DNA of 64,000 nucleotides from Eledone cirrhosa. Taxonomy: Eukaryota. Both the position numbers and the translations under genes were made by a program. The stretch is taken from contig OZ024741.1 in assembly GCA_964016885.1 (NCBI GenBank), positions 223,200,001 through 223,264,000 on the forward strand, written 5' to 3'. This document shows, piece after piece, positions 51,905-64,000 of this stretch. The notes under the pieces are model-generated. The model did not search any database. It was given only the letters and a program-made list of their open reading frames with translations, and had not been told where the DNA came from. Numbering within the stretch: position 1 is the stretch's first letter; each line of letters begins with the position of its first letter.

Positions 51905-54176
51905 AAAAAAATTAATATCTAAAAATAAAAAAATGTTTGGTATGTGAAGGGTAAGGCAAAAAAATAGGGGGAAAGGGGGGGGGGGATAAATGACATAGGA
52001 AACGGTTTAAATATAAGGGGAGATAACGGAGAAGGAGAATACAAGAGTACAGAACGTGGATTCAGCAGGTAAAAAAAAACGTAGTGGAAGTAAAGAGCAG
52101 GAGAGGAGTTCAAGGTGGTTGAGTTATCATAGGAATGTCAATCCAGTTACAGATCAGATGTGATTTCAGATGAGGACAACATCTGAAGATCTCGGTCTTT
52201 GAGTTCAGGCAAGCAGAAGTGGCTCTCAAGTTTAGCAAAATTCTATATTTTTCTGTGGTACACAAAGAACAATTCTTTGTGCCCCTTTGGTACTCCCTCG
52301 AATGGTCTAAAATAGACCAATCGATAGAGTACAGAATGTTTTTGTCCTTGAATTCCCACACCTTACTTGCGAGGGCCGTTGTTGTTCGTTTATCGGAGTG
52401 CTTAAAAGAAGCGACATGTGCATAAAACCTGGTTTTAAACCTGTCCTGGGTCATGCCGACATATCGCTCACTCCTGGCTGGCTGGTTGTTGATTAAAGGT
52501 GTTACTTTAGCCTCATAAACAACAGATTTGGTGTTACATTTGCCCTGCAATGGGCATTCATCCGGCTTCCTGCAACTGCATCCTGGATTTGTTCTCGTAT
52601 GATTTGAATTAGTGATCTTGGACTTCATAGATGGGCAACAAGAGTAACTGATCTTAACTACATTTCTATTAAATATCTTATAATATCTATGATTAGGAGG
52701 AAAATGTTTATCTAAGAGTTCAAGGAATTTCCTTCCTACATTAGTTTTGACAGTTAGAGAGAAGGGGTGTAAACCAAATAATTTTCCTTTTCCTGTTATT
52801 GTGGTTAGTTTTAGGGGGGGGGGGGGGGGGGGGTAAATAATAAATTTGTTCTGTAAAACCGTTGTTTTTAAGGGCTTTATTATAATAAGGGGCGGCTTTA
52901 TTAAAAATGTCTATAGACGAAGATAAGGTAGAAATCCTACGGCTAATGTTGGGAATAAGATTATTAAAAACTATAGGGTGATGGCAAGACTCTTTGTGTA
53001 TATATCTAAGATTTTCATTAGGTTTATGATAAGGTTTAAAAGAGGCGGTAAGTAGATCAAGATTAATGTCAAGAAAGTTAGCATTGGTAAGGTTCGTATC
53101 TATAGTAATTTTAAGGTTAAGATTAGCAAAAGTATTGATTAAATCTTTACGGAATTTATCAAGGTTATGGCCGTTGGTGGTATGAGAAACTGCCAATCCG
53201 TCATCACGGTATAAACCGATATTATGGGAAGGAAATTTCTCTTTGAGGGTGTGGCGAAGGAATAATCCTACTAAGTCACACACATCCGCACTGTCATATG
53301 AACCCATTGCAACATCAAAAGAGTTTTCAGGGTTTGACTTTTTAACCCAAATATTTTCATTAGTAAAGAGTAAAGTTTTTCTAGCATGAAAGATAATGTC
53401 TTCTTCTAATTTAGAAATATTAATGAAGGGTCTTGCAAACTCTAAGGCATTAGTTAATAAGGAAACAGTAATAGAGGGGTAAAAATGAACAATGTCAAAT
53501 TGGGTAAATCTACACTTATTTTTACCTTGTATATTATTAAACCAAGAAATAACAGAGGAAGTATTTAGCCGCTGTGATAGGTCAGTCTTAGTTCTAATTT
53601 GGAGAATTATTTTTCTTAAGATTTTTTTACTTGCAAGGCCAACTTCGGATTTAGCCGGGTTAATCAGTCAACAACTAGGTCGATTAGTAAAGTCTAATTT
53701 ATGGTCTTTAAGGGTAATATATTCTTTACGCTTAGCTAGGCTTTCAATCCGGTTGTCTATTTTTAAAGAACTAGCTAGTTCCTTAGCTTCTTTATTAATA
53801 GTATTGTAGGTATTATTATTAGTTAATTGATATTTATTGGTGATACTATTAGTTAAAAGTTGGTTATACAAAATACTATTAACTTCAAAGAGATTTTTAG
53901 TTTTATCAGAAAGAACAAAGGTGTTTGTAGAATTTTTAAAATTAGAAATATCGTTAGATAGTTTAGTTTGGAAATTATTATTGTACTTACGAAATTTGAT
54001 ATCACTAATTAAATTAACAAGGTCTAATTCGAAGTTGGCCATGTCTTTAATTCTAGGTGGATATTTACGGGATTTTATGTCAAAACAATCATTAGTATCA
54101 GCACTGAATAGTCCATCGTAAACCATTGCCTTCCATCTCATTCTTTTAACGACTTGTTCGATTTTATCTATAATCA
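51905..54176 (-). mobile_element. Penelope-like element (Naiad-type RT plus C-terminal GIY-YIG), near full ORF but disrupted
   Basis: KRMRWKA, DKT, ITLKDHK, LINPAKSE, FDIVHFYPSI, MGSYDSADVCDLVG, GLYRDDGL, KISYSC, CSC..CPL.GKC, VVY..YVG.T, CSLC..EK. One stop and two frameshifts. Confidence 0.93.
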
Positions 54177-54262
54177 TTTTTTTAATATAATGGTTTTGTG
54201 TGTTTATATATAATAGCCTCGGAAAAGGCTTGAGCTCTGCCGTAGGGTCAGACTTTTTCCTA

Positions 54263-54293
<31 letters not shown>

Positions 54294-54767
54294 GTATATA
54301 TACGTAATTGTATGTGTGTGTGTATTTCTGTGGTTGTGTTTTGTGTGTGTGTGTGTGTATGTATATATATGTGTGTGTATATGTATATATGCATAAGGGT
54401 GTATGTATATGCATCATTACATATAGTGATTTAATGATTATTTTCATTGATCTTTTACCCCAGGAACTTGTTGAGTGCTCTAAATCTGCTATAAGCATTT
54501 ATACCCTTTTCTAAATATATATATATATTTTTTATTTATTATTTGTCGTATTCCCAACTTTTTAATTTCATTTTTATTTTTATTTTTTTTTATATATACA
54601 ATATTTATTTTATAATATTTATGTTCTTTCTCATATATATATATATATTGAGTTATATATGTATATGTGTGTGTGTGTGTACGTATGCATACGTATGTGT
54701 ATGTATATATATGTGTGTGTAGATATATATGTATATGTGAGTATGTATGTATGTGTATGTGTGTATA

Positions 54768-54818
<51 letters not shown>

Positions 54819-54911
54819 TATCGAGAATCGGAACCTCGGCCCAAGAAATAACGAAACACAATCTTCGAAATGTGTGGCAAAGTGCTCAATAGTTTGGATA
54901 AAGATATATAT

Positions 54912-54975
<64 letters not shown>

Positions 54976-55124
54976 TTTAGAGTTAAATAAGGTTCATATG
55001 AATTATCTAAGAATGAGTTTTACACATATATATATATGTGTGTGTTTGTATTTGGTTGTGCGTGTTTGTGATATGTATGTATATGTATGTCTATAATTGT
55101 ATGGCTATGTATGAATGTGTGTGT

Positions 55125-55165
<41 letters not shown>

Positions 55166-55701
55166 CGTGTGTATATATGTATATGTATGTGTGTATGTGT
55201 ATGTATTTGTGTGTGTGAGTATGTAGAGGTGTGTGTATATATTTCTATTTTTGTGCATGCGTATGTATGCATGTATATATGTGTGTATGTATGTGTATGT
55301 ATGTACGTGTGTATATACGTATGATTGTGTGTATGTATGTATGTATGTATGTATATGTATGTGTTTGTATATATATATACACATATATATGTGGGTGTGC
55401 ATCTGTATATATGTGTGTGTGTATGTATGTGTGTATGTATATATACATATATATATATATGTGTGTGTATGTATATAATTGTGGGTGTGTGTGTGTGTTT
55501 GCATGTGTGTTTTTATTTTATTTTTCCTTTCCTTCTTCCTTCTCCAGCCTCACTTTCATATAGATTGCATTTTTGTTTTTAAAATTCAAAGTCAATAAAT
55601 ACGCCAGGATTTTTTCATTCTGATGATTGAAAGCAACATTTTTTTGCTTTTAAGAAACCACTGGTAAATGAAATAATTGCCTTATGTTGTTTATTACATA
55701 A

Positions 55702-55820
<119 letters not shown>

Positions 55821-55936
55821 CGTGCATGTACGTACATACATGCATATCTAACTTAACTATCCCTTCTGAATTAAATTCCCTTCTCACACCTCGACTCTTG
55901 CTTTTTATTTATACTGTGTCTGCCATTGAAACGTTA

Positions 55937-55989
55937 GTTCTTGTCTGATGACCCTATGATAAACAGACGAAACTCCAGAGTAACAAAAC
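55937..55989 (+). ncRNA. Minimal type I hammerhead-like motif in a Penelope pLTR relic
   Basis: GTTcTTGT-CTGATGA-(weak stem II)-GAAA-CTC ca GAG-TA-ACAAAAC; core boxes intact. Confidence 0.55.
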
Positions 55990-56257
55990 AAATTTACCCT
56001 TAATAAAATAAATATTAAAACGCTACTTCGGTATTGAGTACTCTTTTCTTTCAGCTGTCAACCACAAACATATATATATATATATATAACGGAGGAAGAG
56101 TGGTAAGGAACCAGATGGACCATAACGCACCAGAGGACTCAATACTTAGGGTAGTAGAGTGTGTAATAGGAAAATGTTTGACCCCGACGGCAGAGCTCAA
56201 GTCATTTCGACGGCTATTTCTGGAGTTCCTATATATATATATATATATATATATATA

Positions 56258-57237
56258 CTAGCAGCAGTACCCAGCGTTGCCTGGGTAGGTAAAATAATAT
56301 CTGCTTTGATGAAAAGGTGTTGATCTTAGCGACTGCTTCTCGATGACTCATCTATGGCCAAACACAAGCCATGCGGGGGAGGGTGGTGATGACCTCTATC
56401 ACTGAGAAACGCGGGTGACTGACGAAGGGGCATACTGGGGGAGGGAGGCAATGACCTCTAACACTAAGCCAAATTTCCTCACGCTACTTGATTGGAAACC
56501 TATGAATTCTTAAATACACAACTAAAAGTTCAGACGACATCAATGGCCATCGTTTTGCCTTTGACCATCTATAAGATGTGTAATGATAGGTTCTATCGTA
56601 GTATAAAAGTTGAACCAAATAAATTGATTTATGTGTGAGGTGGAGCGAAGTTTCAAATTTGAACGAAATCGGTTGAAAAAAGACGGAAATTTGAGCGAAA
56701 AGCTGGTATTTTCGAATATTTAAGGGGCTGCCACGCCGTTCCTGAACAAAAAATCCCAAATGTAAAGTCACTTTAAGACGTGAAATAATCAGATCTAGCG
56801 TAGTGTAAAATTTGAACAAAGTAGGTTGATTAATGTAGGAGCTAGAGCCGGAAAAGTGGAAATTTGAGTCTAAAAGTGGTATTTTTGAATATTTAAGCGG
56901 CTGCCACGCCGTCCCTGAACAACAAATGCAAAATATAAAGCCATTACAGGATGTGCAATAATAAATTCTATTTTGCTTTAAAATTTGAACGAAATCGGTG
57001 GTAAAATGTGGGAGCTACAGCCAAAAATCTTATTTTTCGATACCTAAAAAAAGGTGACCCCTATCGATTTTTATCTGCAGAATGACCCCGGAATTTAAAA
57101 AAAACGATACGCTGATATATAGAAAACACTCCCGGATGACTAATCTATGAGCCTGCAAAGTTTCATGAAAATCGGTCGTAAGATGTAGGCCCCTATAGGT
57201 AATACACAGACACACACATACTTAATTTTATATATAT
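56258..57237 (-). mobile_element. Non-autonomous Helitron-like element with internal 150-175-bp tandem repeats
   Basis: Minus-strand 3' end has the hairpin TACCCAG-gcaacg-CTGGGTA then CTAG|T. 5' end TATATAAAA..GTGTGTGTCTGT. Internal units AAATTTGAAC.AA at about 56656, 56808 and 56980. Confidence 0.8.
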
Positions 57238-57358
57238 TTTATATATTTTATATTTATCCAATTATTGAGCCCTCTGCCACACATATCGGATATTGTTTAT
57301 CGTTAATTCGTAAGCTGTTTTTCCGATTCTCGATTATTCTACTATATTTTATATATAC

Positions 57359-57415
<57 letters not shown>

Positions 57416-58467
57416 TGTGTGTGTACATTAAATACCAAATGGTAACTAGTAAAATAATTGTTTTTACTTTAGGCACAAGGTCAGCAATTTGAAGGGGAGG
57501 GGGAAAATCGATTATATACAGAGTCAAAACAGCTTACTGTGGTACCTTACTAAATATTTTCATTTTTATATTTAGTGATATTAGCAAGACTTGATTCTTA
57601 AAGTTACCTCCCTTGATACGTAGATGCACTAGTTTCTTAGAATAAAATTGTAACCATTAGAAATTGTAAATTTGAAGTATTACTTGATATATTTGCCACT
57701 TTTTAATGTATATTGCCTAAATAATCACTTGCTGAGTATCTCTATTACTAGTGGTTCAATTGCTGATTATATAGTCTCTTGTATTCATATTTTAACTAAA
57801 GCTATTTAGTGTTGTGCTCTTCATCAAGGGGGCATAACACAACTGAACTAGGCAAATTATAGTGAAAAGAGATTCTCAGTTAAGTCCGTCGCGCGGAGGT
57901 ATGGGGAGGCACTGTTTCCCTTCAACTTTTCACTAATGCATCCTCAGTGGTAGAAAATGGAGTTTATATATATATACTTTTAAAAAACGTCCTGGAATAC
58001 GTTTCTTGGAGTCTTCTCAAAACAAGAACAAACAACAAATATTAAATTAAAAAACAAAAAGTTAACGAAATAAGCTGGTAAAAAAATTCCCCAGGGAATT
58101 AGAATAACAACAATACTGGTGACGATCTTGTTCACAGTTGAGTGCTAGGCAAAATTGACTTCGGCGTGACCAATTCAGAACAACTAGGCATTTTGTCCGA
58201 CTCGACAAAAACATAAACGCAATCGATATAATAAATATTATTTACAAAAGAAACAAATAAAAAAACAGAGAAAAAGAAGTCGTGCACCCCCAATTTCACG
58301 CTACATCAGAGAATGCTGGGGTTTCCCACTAAATATTTTAAAAGGAACATTATAAATTTAATGCACAAAAATATATGATCATAGCGAACGAAAAACAAAA
58401 CAAAAAAAAAAAACACCAATTCATCACCAAGTTGACCACAAGGGTCAACAATTTTTGAGGTAAGAAA

Positions 58468-59010
58468 TTTTTGAAGCAAGCCAAGACGCTGGCAGCATTC
58501 CCGCAGGTGATGGCGAGGCTAAGGCGCTGAAGCAACCAGTCACCCTCACGATCATCACTTGACACCTCGGAAAGGCGAGCTGCCAACGACAAGAAGAGCT
58601 TCGCTGTCAGTGGCCCAGCTCCATCAAACGTCTCGAACGTCACAGGCTGGAAAAAATAGTTATTTCATAGTTCCCTGTATTTTAAGATTTTATTTCGTTC
58701 AACAACGTTTATCGCTGCATCCATGATGTGGGAGGGAGCAAAACCCACTGACTGTGGTGTCCCAGGGACACCTGCTTCTTACCCAGGAACAAATGGTAAG
58801 ACCATCTGGTCTCTTCCCATCAATTCAGGATAACCCAGCCGGATCTAGAGCTAAGGCCCACTTAATGATCAGGTTTAGCTCGGTATGGCGGGCGAAGCGA
58901 CCAGCATTCACGCGGCAGAACAAACCGTGGATGCCTGTGAAATCGATGGGCCTACCACAGTGACATTTCAGACCCCCACAGACATCGGCTGCTCTCGGAG
59001 TGCAATGATG
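58468..59010 (-). mobile_element. CRE-clade endonuclease fragment
   Basis: RHTELNLII, PDGLT..W, QPVTFETFDGAGPLTA..QRLSLAITCGNAASVLAC. Confidence 0.85.
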
Positions 59011-59702
59011 ATTCAGAGCTCAAAAGCAAGCCAAGAAGGCATTGCCATAGATGATAGAGAGGTTAAGACGTTAGAATAACTAAGAATCCCCACGAGCATT
59101 ACTTGAGGTAATTCTAATGCGCGGGCATTTTTGGGAAATGTTTTCTACCATAGCCAATTACCTTTTGAGTAAACTCTTGTAGACGAAAGTGTGATACCCT
59201 TTGTGTGTGTGTGTCAACGTTGGTTGAACAGAAATATGCATGAAACCAGATAATGCCAAACCGAGTTATCTCCCTTCAAAAGTTGACTACTTTTCATGGG
59301 ATGTTAGTACCAGGCGATGTAAGCAATTTGAGAAAATGAATGGAAAAAAAAAAAATAACAGCGTAATTGCTATCTAATAAGTAAAACTTGATAGGAAATA
59401 ATTTCTCAGTAAAGTATACATTATATAAGCCGGCGAATTGACACAGTTGTGAGAACAGCGGATAGAATACAATACGGTATTCGTTCCAGATATCATAGTT
59501 CAAATCTTACCGAGATCAAATTTGCTTTTTATCCTTTCGATGTCAATAAATAAAGTACCTATCCAATACTGAAATCAATTCTTTCTCTATATTTATTTTT
59601 TCTTTTAACCTCTTTCCTCCTTTGGTACAAATATGTTGTCTTCCGGTCAGGACTTCTCCAGGTTTAAATTACCCTCAACGAATCCGCTTGTCCATCCATC
59701 GT

Positions 59703-59863
59703 ATTTTTCAGGCAAGCCAACACACTCACGACATTGCTGCGGATGATAGCGAGGCTAAGACGCTGGGATAACCTAGCGCCTTCGTGGGCATCACCTGATA
59801 CATCGGTAAGGCAAGCCACCAACAATAACAAGAACCTCATTGTCAGCAGTCCAGCTCCCCTAA
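59703..59863 (-). mobile_element. CRE-clade C-terminal fragment
   Basis: GAGLLTMRFL..QRLSLAIIRSNVVSVLACLK. Confidence 0.8.
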
Positions 59864-60149
59864 ACAAGGCTGGCTCTTTGAATTATGGTACATCACAATT
59901 TTATCCAGTTGAGTGCACTGGAGTAACGTGAAATAAAGTATCTTGTTCAAGGATGCAATTTACTGCCAGGAATTCTAAACTAGCAGGGTGCTAGATGTAA
60001 AGGCCTTATAGTAATTTCAGTTTCTTACATTCTTCGATATTCTGAGTTTAAATCCAACAACTGATCAAGTGTTAATAATAAAATTACTACTAGTTAGGTA
60101 TGTGCCATGTGCGTATGTAGGGTTCATTGAACTATACTGGAGCAATGGG

Positions 60150-61715
60150 TGACACCTGTGGCTCCCACAACCCAGTGTCATACTTATGATGAGGCGAATA
60201 AAGGCTGCCTCTAAAAAAGCCTAGACTTCATCTTTACCCACGTAATCCTGGAGATGGTCGTGCGGGCAGTCTTCAAACACTCCTTCCAACGAGTCCTGTC
60301 AAAAGCAACCATCTCCAACTGATCCAGCTGGATCCCCAAATGAGACCAGCCAAACTCATAGATGTTATCCAACCTTCTTGCTCGGCGTTTACTCCTGGGT
60401 CTCTTGGTGGTTGATTCTTTCCTGAGACATTCTAACCACATGCTCATGGTATTGGAGCTGTGATCTCTCAATTCAGAGAAGTGTGGCACCACCTAGAGTG
60501 ACTCTCTGATCTCTGAGCTATGCACGCTATTACGTAATGTTACTCCAAAGACCCTTTGAAGCAATCCAATTTTGGTTACTTGTATTTGTGATCGGTTATT
60601 ACTCAAGATTCATGATCATAGCTAAGGGTTGGCTCGAATATTGAATTGAAGATCACAAGTTTAGCTTTTACACCCACGTCTCTTCTTTTGATTACTGAAT
60701 CCTGAATCTAGCACATTACTGCACCAGTTCCTGCAATTCTTACACTTAATTCAGCCTCTTGCCTTCTATCACTCCTGAACACAGCCCTGAGATACTTGAA
60801 CTTCCCTACCTACTTCAGTGGAACTCCATCCACATCTAGAGTGCACATCACAGGCTTCCTTGAGAGGATGAGTGTCTTAGTTTTCACAACACTGATTTTC
60901 ATTCCAGCCAAGCAGCACTTAGTATCATACCTATTGAGTGCAAGTCGGAGATCAACTTCTGTCGAGTTAAGTAACACCATGTCGTCTGCAAATTCCAGTT
61001 GAGTGATTTTACACCTGCCAGTCATAAGGCCAGCAATTATCCCCGTGTATTACTGGTACTTTATTTTATCAACCCCGTAAGGATGAAAGGCAAAGTAAAC
61101 CTCGGCAGGATTTGAACTCAGACCATAAAGGGCTGTAACTCTTTGCTGCTAAGCATGGCGTCCGGCCCTCTACCGATACTGCCAATCCACCGCCCATCAT
61201 GTAAATAATGAACAAGAGAAGTGACAGTATGCATCCTTGGCAGAGTCTGACTCCCACATTGAATGGTTTAGATTTAGCACCATTTATCCAAACACAGATA
61301 CTCGGGCATTCATATAGAGACATCAGGGCAGCAAAGAGCTGACCATCGATCCCATACTCCTGCAGAACCTTCTACAGCAGGTCCTGAGGAACGCAATCAT
61401 ATGCCTTTTCAAGGTCGACAAAACAAGAATACACATCTTGGCAATACTCCCATGATTTCTCGAAGACATGCCACAGTGTAAATATTTAGTCGGCTCTGCT
61501 GTGTCCGGGGTGAAAACCACACTGTTCATCAGTTAGCTTGCACTTCACAATCTCCCTGCATCTCTTTGCCAGTCACTTAGCATAGACCTTACCGGGGAGG
61601 CTTAACAAGGAGATCCGTTATTGGAACAATCTCGTCTCCTTTTTTGAAAATTGGCATTATCACTCCCGACTGCCTTAGGTCCCTTTCCAGAGATCCAGGC
61701 CACCCAGCACAGACT
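60150..61715 (-). mobile_element. Decayed RTE-clade LINE of a second family, interrupted by a SINE at 61026-61196
   Basis: VDLEKAYD, QGCILSLLLFIIYM, FADDMVLL..GMKISVVKTK, KFKYL, DRTRWK motifs. Confidence 0.85.
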
Positions 61716-61719
61716 AGTC

Positions 61720-63010
61720 TTCTTTCCTACTTACTAGAACTTTGTTTTTTTTTTTGCCAAGTTAACTCTGAGCCCTTTCAATTCTAAGTCCTATTTCCAC
61801 AACCGGAACTTCTCTAGTTCTTCCACAGATTCAGCTATAAGAGCCAGATCCAGTATACATAGGTTTCCATGGACACCTAGTCTTAAACTCCTCAGTTATG
61901 ACCAGGAGAACTATAATAAACAGAAGTGGGTTGGGGACCAAACCCAGATATATTTTTGCCTGTACCTTGAATTCCTTATTAAACTCATTTTCTACTCTCA
62001 CTTTACTGACAGCTCCTCTCTATATGGTTTACACTGCTCTCACAAATTGTTCTAAATCTAGTTTCCTTTAGGGCTGTCAAAGGCCTTCTCCAGATCAACA
62101 AAATCTAGATATAGGGGTTTACACTTAGCTAGGAACTTTTGTTGTAGTTGTTTCCCTAAAAAGAGGGCATCTGTGATGCTCCTCCATGGCACAAAACCGA
62201 ACTGCACCTCATCTATTTGATTCTTTCCCTAATTAGTTTCTTTCACTTTCATGACAGGGTCCATTAGTTTTATACCTCTGTAGTTGTTCATTTCCAGAGC
62301 AACACCTTTTCCCTTGTAACAATTAAGTCATTGAGTATAACCTGATTAATTATGCAGGTGACTAGTTTGACTCCTACTTCCCCAAAAGATTTCAGTACCT
62401 CAGCAACTATCTCTGATGGAATGGCTGCCTTACTATTTTTCATCTTCTTAACTGCTTCTTTGATCCTATAAGAGTCAATTTCAATAGCTGGTCCCTCTGT
62501 TGGGTCAGTCTCTCTTCCTCACATTCATTAGTCTCTTATTGTAGCATTTCCAGGCCTTTTCCTTTTGAGTACCAGTGATGCTAAATGCACCAGTGTCATT
62601 TCAAATGAACTTTTCTCCAACTACATCTTGATTCACACTGACACACTACTTTGCATGTCTCTGATCCTCACAATAGAGGACACTGGCAAACTTGATGCTT
62701 TCAGTCTCTTTGCATGCTTTGTATAACTATTATCTAGTTTTTCTTTTAACTACTTAGTAGTGATCTTTGCTACCCCCATTTTTCCACACCTGTCTCTTGG
62801 TTTTGAACAGCTCTATTCATGGTTCTGTTTCAGCACCAGGTCACATTCTGTATAGTGGGTGCTTTGCTCCAGTGATAAGTCTTTTTTAGGTTATCCTGTG
62901 GGAACTTCATCATATGCATTAAACTCTCCCCCACTCATGCATCACATAGAGCTTTCCTGAACCTATATTTAACAGAAATGTCATTTAGCTTCCATAAATT
63001 CCTCGACTGC
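61720..63010 (-). mobile_element. Older decayed copy of the main RTE family
   Basis: Matches 27900-29300 (EGPA, VQFGF, FVDLEKAFD, FKTRCPW) with many indels. Confidence 0.85.
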
Positions 63011-63443
63011 TTCACCATAGTTAGACTATATAGTATGACTATCATCATCATCATATAACATTCATATTCCCTGCTAGGAAGGGCTGATCGGACTTCACAG
63101 ACCAAGACAAGTACTCAAGTGGATACTGACCTCTCAAATGAACCTGGGGCCTACCTCTTACATATATTCCCATGCTTGCTCTAATGAGTGCATTTTATCA
63201 TGGCATCAACACTAACGAGGTTGTCACGTCTTTGACATGGCTGAAGAGTCCTCCAAATCCTTAGTTTGGCAGGTTTTCTATGGCTCAATACCCTTCCGAT
63301 CACCAACGACTTTGCAGAGTGTAAAGGGTGCATTTATTCTGTAGACACTAACACTAGGAAGGTTGACATGTCTTTGACACAACTGAAAAGTCCTTCTGAC
63401 CCTATATATTTATTTATTCATAACCTTCGCTGTACTGGTACTG

Positions 63444-63866
63444 TCATCATCATCATCATCATCAACGTTTAACGTCCGTGTTCCACGCTTGCATGGGTTT
63501 GGACGGGGGTAGTCCCACTTGAGGCAAGAGTGATTGTCTTGCTCGCATAGGACTGTCTGGCAGGTTTTCTACAGTTGGATGCCCTTCCTAACACCAACCA
63601 CATTTACAGTGTGGGTCTGGGAGGTTTTTACCGTGTTGCCTACACGGCCACATTTACAGCGTGGACTGTGTGTTTTTTGTCGTGACACCTACACGATCTC
63701 ATTTGTTTCGGCCTGGATGGCGCGGCACCAACATAACTTTACATAGAACGGGGTGGTGTGGATGAGGTGGGGTGGTGGTGGGACGGGGTGTATTTTGTTA
63801 GAGATGCCTACTGGCTGGAGTAGGTTTTACTATATATTTAGGTAAGGCGGGTCTTCTCTGTTACTG
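63444..63866 (-). mobile_element. RTE LINE 3'UTR fragment
   Basis: (CAT)n start and close match to 26778-27190. Confidence 0.9.
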
Positions 63867-64000
63867 ATTAATTATAATATAGTATTAAAATATATTCACC
63901 ATTAACTGATAAATCCACTCTGAATCATCATCATCATTATCAACTCTTTTGCATTGGTTTCTCCATGCTTGCATGGGTTGAACAGGTCTTTTCCAACATT

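Noticed and set aside
53668-53670. In-frame TGA in the Naiad ORF as selenocysteine (known in some Naiads)
   Set aside because: It falls at the Arg of the conserved CRLINP motif (CGA>TGA decay). The SYSC and CxC cysteines are ordinary TGY codons and the ORF also has frameshifts.

Overview
Eukaryotic, almost wholly repetitive window. The SINE, RTE-LINE and Penelope-type repeats and the dense (TA)n/(CA)n microsatellites suggest an octopod cephalopod, but that is inference from remembered repeat motifs, not a search. Bases 1-19668 are one 18-bp tandem array of about 1090 units, consensus GAAAGGTTACTGGC[CT][AG]G[AG], running off the left edge. Its minus strand is open for more than 5500 codons of (ASNLS[P/L])n, it carries a near-perfect 2862-bp higher-order duplication, and it appears to grow directly out of a decayed CRE-clade retrotransposon ORF. 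Bases 19.7-64 kb are nested mobile elements: Tc1/mariner, Merlin, Helitron, several RTE LINEs, a CR1-like LINE, a Tx1/L1-like relic, Naiad/Penelope elements with hammerhead-like relics, CRE fragments, a deleted Gypsy with a clear -1 frameshift signal, two non-coding tRNA-Trp-primed LTR elements and tRNA-derived SINEs. Four large inverted-repeat structures are present. No host gene, rRNA, true tRNA or CRISPR array could be supported. All alignments and identity values are by eye.
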